Shown here: positions 16,044-23,252 of the stretch, one piece after another
How the letters are laid out: the number at the start of each line of letters is the position of its first letter
Position numbering within the stretch: position 1 is the first letter of the stretch
Assembly: GCA_016182725.1 (NCBI GenBank)
Contig: JACPFZ010000026.1
Location: forward strand, 1 to 52,648
Length of the DNA: 52,648 nt
Direction of reading: 5' to 3'
DNA from: Candidatus Gottesmanbacteria bacterium
Lineage (GTDB): Bacteria; Patescibacteriota; Microgenomatia; UBA10105; UBA927
Position numbers and translations under genes: made by a program
The notes under the pieces: model-generated
Told to the model about the DNA's origin: nothing
The model's input: the letters and a program-made list of their open reading frames with translations, nothing else
The model's database searches: none

Positions 16044-17954
16044 ATGAAGCAAAAAGGATTTACCCTGGATGCGGGGCAGGCCTTGGTTGAGCTGTTAGTC
16101 GCTATTGGCATAGCTACGATTCTCCTGCCGGCACTCCTTACCGGGTTTGTTGCTTCCCGTGAGGGGAAAGCACAGGGGAGGCAGCGAGCGGACGCAGTAG
16201 CTATTCTTGTCGAAGCCAGGGAAGCGGTGCGGATTGTCCGTGATAGAGGGTGGACCGAGTTTGCAGTGAACGGGACGTTCCACCCCGTGGTTTTGGGATC
16301 TACCTGGGTGCTTTCCGCAGGGGGAGAAACAGTCAGTGGTTTTACGCGAAGTATCGCAATCAGTGATGTCCTGCGGGATGCAAACGGCGTCATTGTCTCA
16401 AGTGGCGGTTCGGTAGATCCGTCAACAAAACAGGTGGCAATCACCGTTTCATGGAATAGCCCTCTTCCTTCCGATGTTTCCGATACATTCTATCTGACTC
16501 GATTTACCAACAGAATATTCGTGCAAACTACGAAAGCAGATTTTACTGCCGGGACAAAAACAAATGTGATTGTCACCGATACTGACGGTGGTGAAGTGAC
16601 CCTAGCTGCCGGCGGAAGAGCGGATTGGTGTGGGCCTAATCTTTCCATTACTCCCTTGGATTTGCCCAAAAGCGGTGTTGCTAATGCCATTACCGCCATT
16701 GAAGGAAGAGTGTTTGCCGGTACCGGAGAAAATGCGTCTGGCATATCGTTTGCCAATATTGGCATCAGCAACACCAATCCGCCGGCGGCAGCGGTACTGG
16801 GAACATTTGACGGATACAAAACGAACGGCATATTCGGCGAAACCAACTATGCGTATCTTGCGACGGATAATAACTTCAAAGAAATTGTCATCATCAACCT
16901 GACAAGCACGCCGTATACTGAAGTAGGGTATTTTAATGCGCCCGGCAACGGCAACGGAAACAGTATATTTGTCGCTGGTGTGGTTGGATATATGACGAGC
17001 GGCAATACACTGTACACATTTGATCTTACCAGTCAGACCGGGTCTCGACCGCAGTTGGGGAGCGTGACGCTTGCCGCGACTGGTAAAGAAATTGTCGTTG
17101 TTGGTCAGTATGCGTATGTTGCCATCGATGCGACGAACACGCAACTTCAGATTATTGACGTGAGTGATCCCAGAAACCTCGCTATCTCTGGGACGGCGAG
17201 CGTGAGCGGGGGAAAGGGGAAAGACGTGTTTGTGGACACTTCAGGGACGCGCGCATACCTCGTGACCGAAACATCAGTAGCGGAGCGTGAATTTTTTATT
17301 ATCGATATATCAACGAAAACCGGCAGTCGTCCGACTGTAGGCAGTTATGATGCCAATGGCATGGATCCTAAGGGAATCACCGTGGCACCGGGGAATCGAG
17401 CAATCGTCGTAGGAACTGGTGCCGAAGAGTACCAGGTGGTAGATATAAGTACTGAATCAGTGCCGGTTCGCTGTGGAGGACTCAATATTGATACGGGCAT
17501 CAATGGAGTTTCCTCGGTGAATGAGGGAGATGGTGATGCGTATTCGTATGTCATTACCGGTGATAGCTCAAGCGAACTGAAAATTATCGAAGGCGGCCCG
17601 GGGGGTGGAGCGGTGTTGTCGGGAGTCTTTGAATCCTCCGCGTTTGATGCCACCATGGCTGCCATGTTCAACCGATTTGACCCCAATGCAATCTTGCCTT
17701 CCCAAACAAATATTACGTACCAGGTGAGTAGCGCGGATGCAGTGATGGACAGTTGTTCCGGCGTCTCATTTTCGTTTGTGGGACCCGATGGCACCAGCAA
17801 CACATTTTTTGCAACAGGAAGCGCTATTCCGTTTTCTGCAACGGGAAGTTACAAAAATCCTAGCCGCTGTTTTGTCTACCGCGCGTACCTTACCTCTTCA
17901 GATTCAGCCTACGCACCGATATTTACGGATATTACGGTAAGTTACAGCCCATGA
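16044..17954 (+). CDS. Large pilin-like protein with LVIVD-type beta-propeller repeats (candidate tip adhesin)
   Basis: 636 aa. The N-terminus is MKQKGFTLDAGQALVELLVAIGIATILL. The body has recurring YAYLATD..IVIINLTS, YAYVAID..LQIIDVSD and RAYLVTE..FFIIDIST segments. Confidence 0.6.
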   Translation: MKQKGFTLDAGQALVELLVAIGIATILLPALLTGFVASREGKAQGRQRADAVAILVEAREAVRIVRDRGWTEFAVNGTFHPVVLGSTWVLSAGGETVSGFTRSIAISDVLRDANGVIVSSGGSVDPSTKQVAITVSWNSPLPSDVSDTFYLTRFTNRIFVQTTKADFTAGTKTNVIVTDTDGGEVTLAAGGRADWCGPNLSITPLDLPKSGVANAITAIEGRVFAGTGENASGISFANIGISNTNPPAAAVLGTFDGYKTNGIFGETNYAYLATDNNFKEIVIINLTSTPYTEVGYFNAPGNGNGNSIFVAGVVGYMTSGNTLYTFDLTSQTGSRPQLGSVTLAATGKEIVVVGQYAYVAIDATNTQLQIIDVSDPRNLAISGTASVSGGKGKDVFVDTSGTRAYLVTETSVAEREFFIIDISTKTGSRPTVGSYDANGMDPKGITVAPGNRAIVVGTGAEEYQVVDISTESVPVRCGGLNIDTGINGVSSVNEGDGDAYSYVITGDSSSELKIIEGGPGGGAVLSGVFESSAFDATMAAMFNRFDPNAILPSQTNITYQVSSADAVMDSCSGVSFSFVGPDGTSNTFFATGSAIPFSATGSYKNPSRCFVYRAYLTSSDSAYAPIFTDITVSYSP

Positions 17955-18538
17955 CTAATACCCGTGGCTTCACCCCGTACCACAATGTCTCGCTCGTTAG
18001 AGTGAGGATTCATAAAAAAGCGCAAAACGACATTCCTCAATGCCCCAACCGGAAGGTCGTAGGTACGGGGTTCACGATTGTTGAGATGCTCCTTTATATG
18101 GGGCTTTTGAGTGGATTTCTCGTGATTTTAACCTCGATATTCCTTTCAGCACTCGACGTTTCCAGTGAATCGCAAACATTTAGCCGTATGGAAGAGGATG
18201 GCCGGTACATCCTGGCGAGGCTCACCTATGACATTGCCCGCAGTCAGGCAGTGACGATTCCGACGACACTTGGTACTCCTGCCAACAGCCTTCAGCTTAC
18301 CATCGGTGGTGAGTCCGTGATCTATGGGATAAGCGGCACAAATTTGACCATCGCGTCGGGTTCGGAGACGAACATACTCAATAGCTTTGGATCATACGTC
18401 TCTGGGTTTACCGTGGTTCGCTTGGGGAACCCGGGCGGGAAGGAATCCGTGACTGTGGATGTAACACTCACGAGTGCTACCCAGAGGCCAAGCGGACCCG
18501 AGGTGCGCTCGTTTCATATGACGCAAGGAGTACGATGA
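17951..18538 (+). CDS. Minor pilin (PilW/PulJ-like)
   Basis: GTGFTIVEMLLYMGLLSGFLVIL is a prepilin-type motif that follows a ~38-aa leader. It overlaps its neighbour by 4 nt. Confidence 0.6.
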   Translation: MTNTRGFTPYHNVSLVRVRIHKKAQNDIPQCPNRKVVGTGFTIVEMLLYMGLLSGFLVILTSIFLSALDVSSESQTFSRMEEDGRYILARLTYDIARSQAVTIPTTLGTPANSLQLTIGGESVIYGISGTNLTIASGSETNILNSFGSYVSGFTVVRLGNPGGKESVTVDVTLTSATQRPSGPEVRSFHMTQGVR

Positions 18539-18810
18539 AACAAAAAGAATACGGACAAGCGCTGGTGGCACTGCTCTTTTTTGTGATTGTGGGGGCGGAG
18601 AATGCGCTTCTTCGGCTTCTTCGGATGCCCACATATACCGGTGAAACCTTGACGATTGCGACAGGAAGTGTCACAGTGGGAGTGACCGGTGGTGATACAA
18701 AGACGATTGTCTCCCGGGGGACCATAGGGAATGTGACCCGCACCGTCCAGGTGATCGTGTCATTTGTCAATGGCATCTGGACCATTGCGTCGTGGAAGGA
18801 GGTATTTTAG
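18535..18810 (+). CDS. Small PilX-N-terminal-like pilus protein
   Basis: 91 aa. MKQKEYGQALVALLFFVIVG resembles PilX-type N-termini. It overlaps its neighbour by 4 nt. Confidence 0.45.
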   Translation: MKQKEYGQALVALLFFVIVGAENALLRLLRMPTYTGETLTIATGSVTVGVTGGDTKTIVSRGTIGNVTRTVQVIVSFVNGIWTIASWKEVF

Positions 18811-19379
18811 TGATTGTACTCTATATAGACCGCAACCGCCTGCAATTTTTTGAGGCTGGCTGGTCTTCTATTGCATCCCTTGATCTTCCTGAGACCGTGG
18901 TTCGGGATCTAGAGGTAGTGAGTCGCGGGGAATTTGTGAAGCTTGTGCAATCATTTCTTCGTAAGAACGCCCTCCGGCCAGCAGCCATGCTCTTTATTCT
19001 TTCCGAAGCAACATATTTTTCGCAGGTTTTAGTTGGGGAAGAGCCAGTAAAGGAACAGCAACTGGAAAACGTGATACCAAAAAATTTTACCGAGACCATG
19101 GAACAGACGTTCGAAGAAGAAGGGTTTTCTGTTACGGCTATGGTTCCGGCCCACGTGTTGGGATCCATGCGTGAAAAACGGTGGCTGGATATTGCCATGG
19201 GAACCTATGCCCTGAAGGAGGCAAACGCGCTAGTTAGGCAGAGTATCCTCACTCATAGTGAATCGGCAACTTCTCGTGGAGCAAAGGAGCCGACGAAACA
19301 GAACCAACGGCTCATGATATTCATGGGTATTTTTATATTTCTTATCCTTATTTTTATCTTCTTTATTCTTCGTTCTTGA
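18810..19379 (+). CDS. Hypothetical pilus-cluster protein with a C-terminal TM anchor
   Basis: The ORF track starts at GTG 18792. GGAGG at 18797-18801 favours GTG 18810, which overlaps the preceding TAG. The C-terminal helix is LMIFMGIFIFLILIFIFFIL. Confidence 0.45.
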   Translation: MIVLYIDRNRLQFFEAGWSSIASLDLPETVVRDLEVVSRGEFVKLVQSFLRKNALRPAAMLFILSEATYFSQVLVGEEPVKEQQLENVIPKNFTETMEQTFEEEGFSVTAMVPAHVLGSMREKRWLDIAMGTYALKEANALVRQSILTHSESATSRGAKEPTKQNQRLMIFMGIFIFLILIFIFFILRS

Positions 19380-19426
19380 CAAATGACACCCAACGGTCTA
19401 CGGTAGATAAAGAGGAGTGTTTTTTT

Positions 19427-19873
19427 ATGAAACAAAGAGGATTTACCTTGGTCGAATTGCTCGTTGTCATTGGTATTTTAGCGGTGCTTTTGTCCATTGT
19501 TCTGATTGCCATCAATCCGGCGCGGCAATTTTCTCAAGCAAATAACACCAAGCGCGCAAGCGATGTGAATGCAATTTTAAATGCCATTCACCAGTATGCC
19601 GCGGATAATAAAGGGGCGATTCCGGCAGGCATCACGACGACTGCGCAAACCATCAGTGATACCGCTGCCAATATTTGTAGTGCGGTGGTGCCTACCTACA
19701 TTGCGGCATTGCCGGCAGATCCCACCATTAATAATGGGGCGGCAGTCACCGATTGCGCTGCGGTAGGAGGATATACTACCGGCTACACGGTCGTCAAAAG
19801 CGCAACGGACAATCGCATCACCGTCACCGCTCCTTCCGCAGAACTTAGTCAAACCATATCTGTGACTCGGTAA
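19427..19873 (+). CDS. Type IV major pilin (PilA-like)
   Basis: An AGAGGAG Shine-Dalgarno sequence precedes ATG 19427. MKQRGFTLVELLVVIGILAVLLSIVLIAINP is a canonical class III signal peptide. Confidence 0.75.
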   Translation: MKQRGFTLVELLVVIGILAVLLSIVLIAINPARQFSQANNTKRASDVNAILNAIHQYAADNKGAIPAGITTTAQTISDTAANICSAVVPTYIAALPADPTINNGAAVTDCAAVGGYTTGYTVVKSATDNRITVTAPSAELSQTISVTR

Positions 19874-19875
19874 CA

Positions 19876-20664
19876 ATGGAAGTTCTTCGGCGCTCCTGGC
19901 GAGATAGTCGGGGCAAGGTTATCGTCACGCTCCTTGTCCTGTGGGTTGCAGCGCTCGTTCACCAGTTTTCTCTCATTGCCTTTCTCTATCCGATTGTTGC
20001 AGTTTTGGTAGTGAGTGCGTTGGATCAGCTTTTCACGCGGTTGCGGTTTGGCCGCGATATTTTTTCCCTTTCCTCTGTGGTCACTGGGTTTCTCATCGGA
20101 CTTATTCTCGATCCCAAAAGCGCAGCAACGACCCTTCTTCTCGCTTGCCTTATTGCCTCACTTGCAAAACAATTTATTGCCAAAGGTTTACATCGGCACA
20201 TGTTTAATCCTGCCGCCATCGGTTTGGTCGGTGTATCTGTAGTGCCTGAAGCTTTGATTTCCTGGTGGGGTGTGAGTTGGGGACTACTCCCTGTTGCGAT
20301 TATTTTGGTTGGTATATTTGTTGTACTTCGTCAGCTTGGCCGGTTATGGATGCCTATTACTTTTCTCTTGGTGTATATTGTTTCTCTCACATTTTTTCAT
20401 TCTTTGGAAACCGCGATCCGGTTGACCGTGGATGGTACGGTATTTTTGTTTGCTTTTGTCATGATCACGGAACCTATGACCTCGGTCAATAGCAAGTGGT
20501 GGCGGTATGGCTGGGGGATACTCGTGGGACTTTTGGTAGTTGTACACACCATCCTGGGGACCTCATGGACTGATCCGCTCCTATTGGGACTATTAGTTGC
20601 TAACCTTTTAGGTTTTCTTCTTGTCCGCAGGAGAGTCCTTAGATCCGCAATCGGTAGCGTTTGA
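19876..20664 (+). CDS. RnfD/NqrB-like polytopic membrane protein (orphan)
   Basis: 262 aa and all-TM. HMFNPAAIGLVG and FVMITEPMTS resemble the FNPA and TDP-x-TS motifs of the RnfD/NqrB family. No other Rnf/Nqr subunits are present in the window. Confidence 0.45.
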   Translation: MEVLRRSWRDSRGKVIVTLLVLWVAALVHQFSLIAFLYPIVAVLVVSALDQLFTRLRFGRDIFSLSSVVTGFLIGLILDPKSAATTLLLACLIASLAKQFIAKGLHRHMFNPAAIGLVGVSVVPEALISWWGVSWGLLPVAIILVGIFVVLRQLGRLWMPITFLLVYIVSLTFFHSLETAIRLTVDGTVFLFAFVMITEPMTSVNSKWWRYGWGILVGLLVVVHTILGTSWTDPLLLGLLVANLLGFLLVRRRVLRSAIGSV

Positions 20665-21055
20665 TGTATGTGGCGCCTGTGGTTAAGGTGGTGGTGACAG
20701 TGAACGTTGCGTTCCGAATGTTGTAGTGAGGTGTACAGACTCCATGGCTGCAGGTGCCAAAGTAGAGATCCCGGCTGTCGGTGAGCTGGCCCATCGGAAC
20801 AAGCGTCCCCATAGCTCCTTGTTGTATGCCGTTTGCCGCGTAACTCAACACATACTCCACCCGTTTTGTTTTGTCTAAGTGGGAAAGGGTGACCACAATA
20901 CTATTCGTTGATCGGGAGAGTCGGGCAGAGGAGTAGGAAATGCCCGCAACCTTCGGCGCACGGATGCGTTTTTTTAACGCATGAAGAGGGGTAAGAGGGG
21001 GAAGAAGGAAAAGAGGGACAAGAAGGATGAAAAAACCTAATACCGTTCGTTTCAT
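20639..21055 (-). CDS. Hypothetical secreted protein
   Basis: 138-aa ORF with an N-terminal signal-like helix (VLGFFILLVPLFLLPPL). No motif recognised. Confidence 0.4.
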   Translation of the reverse strand: MKRTVLGFFILLVPLFLLPPLTPLHALKKRIRAPKVAGISYSSARLSRSTNSIVVTLSHLDKTKRVEYVLSYAANGIQQGAMGTLVPMGQLTDSRDLYFGTCSHGVCTPHYNIRNATFTVTTTLTTGATYIKRYRLRI

Positions 21056-21078
21056 AACTATAGTATACTACTCGTGCT

Positions 21079-21672
21079 ATGCAAAAACGATTCGTCTTTA
21101 TCGCAGTACTAGGTATTGTAGCACTTGCCGCAGGGACCGGGCTTTTGATTTTTTCTAAAAAGACGGTCATACAGCCTCCTACGTCCATCGAAACTGCACC
21201 CATGCCGACACCAGCAGTCAAGCTTTTGACCTGGGATGATCCGGCAGGATTCACGTTCTCCTATCCGGAAGGACTTACCGTAAACAAACACGACGAAGAC
21301 CAAGAAAACTATGCACACGTCGAGTTGACCAATACGGATCATCCCGGAAGTTTGATTGTCTGGGCCAAGGATACTCTTGCCGCCGATGTGGTCGCCTGGG
21401 TGCGCACGGAAAAACAGTTCGCAGGGGCAACTATCCTCGATACCACCCTTGGCAATCAGCCAGCCAAAAAAATTGTCTTTCCACCCAATAAGCTCATTAT
21501 TGGGACCATTTACGATGAATTGCTATTTACTATTGACGCAATGCTTGAGGATAAAACCTACTGGACACAGGTGCAAGATGCTGTTGTCAATAGTTTTGCC
21601 TTCAAGCAGGTGCAAGATGCTTCTGGTGTCTCTAGTGAAGGCGCCATAGATGAGGAAGAAGTGCTCCAGTAA
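21079..21672 (+). CDS. Hypothetical membrane-anchored/secreted protein
   Basis: 197-aa ORF with an N-terminal TM helix (FVFIAVLGIVALAAGTGLLIF). No motif recognised. Confidence 0.4.
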   Translation: MQKRFVFIAVLGIVALAAGTGLLIFSKKTVIQPPTSIETAPMPTPAVKLLTWDDPAGFTFSYPEGLTVNKHDEDQENYAHVELTNTDHPGSLIVWAKDTLAADVVAWVRTEKQFAGATILDTTLGNQPAKKIVFPPNKLIIGTIYDELLFTIDAMLEDKTYWTQVQDAVVNSFAFKQVQDASGVSSEGAIDEEEVLQ

Positions 21673-21816
21673 TTCCCAATTTGTGCATTCTTAAAGAGTA
21701 TGGTATACTCCATCTTGATCCATTCGACAGGCTCAGGATTACCCTGAGTCAAATCGAAGGGTGACCTTGGAAAGAAGTGGCAACGTCCTGTAAGAAAGCA
21801 TGAGTTTATCTCTGGT

Positions 21817-21863
21817 CTTTCTCCTTAGGCGTATGATGTCCTCTTTAAGTCCTAAGGAGAAAG
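21817..21863 (+). promoter_or_regulatory. 5'-UTR hairpin occluding the RBS of the RRM-protein gene
   Basis: Perfect 13-bp stem CTTTCTCCTTAGG (21817-21829) / CCTAAGGAGAAAG (21851-21863). The 3' arm contains AAGGAG and runs into the functional GGAG located 6 nt before ATG 21873. Confidence 0.5.
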
Positions 21864-21872
21864 GAGTCCCAT

Positions 21873-22139
21873 ATGGCTACCAATTTGTTTGTAGGGAATC
21901 TTCCCTATACCGTAGATTCGGCCAAGCTTGAGGAAATATTTGCTCAGGCAGGAACTGTCGCCTCAGCAAAAGTGATTGCTGATAAGTACTCAGGCCGATC
22001 ACGAGGTTTTGGCTTTGTTGAGATGTCATCTGACGCCGAAGCCAAGAAAGCCGTTGAGATGTTTAACGGCAAAGACATGGAAGGTCGTGCACTCGTGGTA
22101 AATGAAGCACGTCCTCGCGAAGATCGTCCGCGAAGATAA
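21873..22139 (+). CDS. RRM-type RNA-binding protein
   Basis: 88 aa with RNP-2 LFVGNL and RNP-1 RGFGFVEM. Confidence 0.85.
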   Translation: MATNLFVGNLPYTVDSAKLEEIFAQAGTVASAKVIADKYSGRSRGFGFVEMSSDAEAKKAVEMFNGKDMEGRALVVNEARPREDRPRR

Positions 22140-22176
22140 GTGACTTAAGTAACTTAGGTAACTTAAAAAAAATACA

Positions 22177-22204
22177 AAACCCCGACCTTTTGATCGGGGT
22201 TTTG
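22177..22204 (+). terminator. Rho-independent terminator after the RRM gene
   Basis: AAAACCCCGA..TCGGGGTTTT stem followed by a T-rich tract. Confidence 0.7.
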
Positions 22205-22218
22205 CTATAATACACACT

Positions 22219-22689
22219 ATGTTCCATAGTCCCACGTACGGGAGCCTCGAGCTTCCCCAAGTTCACGAAAAAATTCTCACATTTTTATCAAAAGATCCCG
22301 AAGGCACATATCAACTCGTGGTTGGTACGGATTCGCAGCCGCACAATGGCGCAGGGGTTGATTTTATCACGGCAATTGTGGTCCATCATGTGGGGCATGG
22401 CGGTATTTATTTTTGGAAGCGCATAGTGAACAAGAAACACTATGTGCTTCGGCAACGCATGTATGAGGAAGCAAGCCTTTCTCTTGCGATGGCAGAAACT
22501 GTTCTTGCCCTCTTGCACAAAGATGGCGTTACCCGCTATGATGTAGAAATTCATGTAGATATTGGACAGTTCGGAGATACACGAGAGATGATCGGTGAGA
22601 TTGTGGGCATGATTCGCGGGTCGGGATATCGCGTGAAAACGAAGCCGGAAAGCTACGGAGCAAGTAAAGTGGCGGATCGGTATACCTAA
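22219..22689 (+). CDS. YkuK/DUF458-family RNase H-like protein
   Basis: 156 aa. The pattern ..YQLVVGTDSQPH..ITAIVVHHVGHGGIYF.. is typical of the DUF458 family. Confidence 0.55.
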   Translation: MFHSPTYGSLELPQVHEKILTFLSKDPEGTYQLVVGTDSQPHNGAGVDFITAIVVHHVGHGGIYFWKRIVNKKHYVLRQRMYEEASLSLAMAETVLALLHKDGVTRYDVEIHVDIGQFGDTREMIGEIVGMIRGSGYRVKTKPESYGASKVADRYT

Positions 22690-22757
22690 CGGTAATAATC
22701 CAATACTACCAATAAACGCAAAACTAGTGTATTGTATACTACAAAGGGGGTAATCTT

Positions 22758-23249
22758 ATGAACAAAATTCTTGTCGGATTGGTAGTTTTGGTAGGAGGAG
22801 CCCTTGCCGGTTGGTATTTCTTGGGACCCGTGGGACTCAAAGGCAAATTACCGTCCTATGTGCCCACTCCTCCATCACAGACAAATGAGACCCCGTCAGG
22901 GGTGAGTCCAACAGCAGGCACGGTGGGAGGCGAAATACCCGGCAGTGTCGCAGGGGGAGAAAAAGGTGGTACGAATGAGCGAACCGTCGTCACCTACACT
23001 GCAAACGGTTTTAATCCGAAGACCGTAACGGTAAAAGCAGGGACAACCGTCGTATTTATGAACGATAGTTCAGCCGTTATGTGGGTGGCGTCAGCGGTTC
23101 ATCCGACGCACCAGCTCTTGCCTGGGTTTGACCAGCTCGCAAGCGTTGGCCGCGGTGGGTCGTATGAGTATACGTTTACGAAAGTAGGAACATGGAAGTA
23201 TCACAATCACGTCAATCCCAGCGACACCGGTACGGTTGAGGTACAATAA
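22758..23249 (+). CDS. Secreted cupredoxin-fold protein
   Basis: An N-terminal TM helix is followed by TVTVKAGTTVVFMNDS..HP.H..GGSYEYTFTKVGTWKYHNHVNP, a plastocyanin-like pattern. Confidence 0.5.
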   Translation: MNKILVGLVVLVGGALAGWYFLGPVGLKGKLPSYVPTPPSQTNETPSGVSPTAGTVGGEIPGSVAGGEKGGTNERTVVTYTANGFNPKTVTVKAGTTVVFMNDSSAVMWVASAVHPTHQLLPGFDQLASVGRGGSYEYTFTKVGTWKYHNHVNPSDTGTVEVQ

Positions 23250-23252
23250 CAT

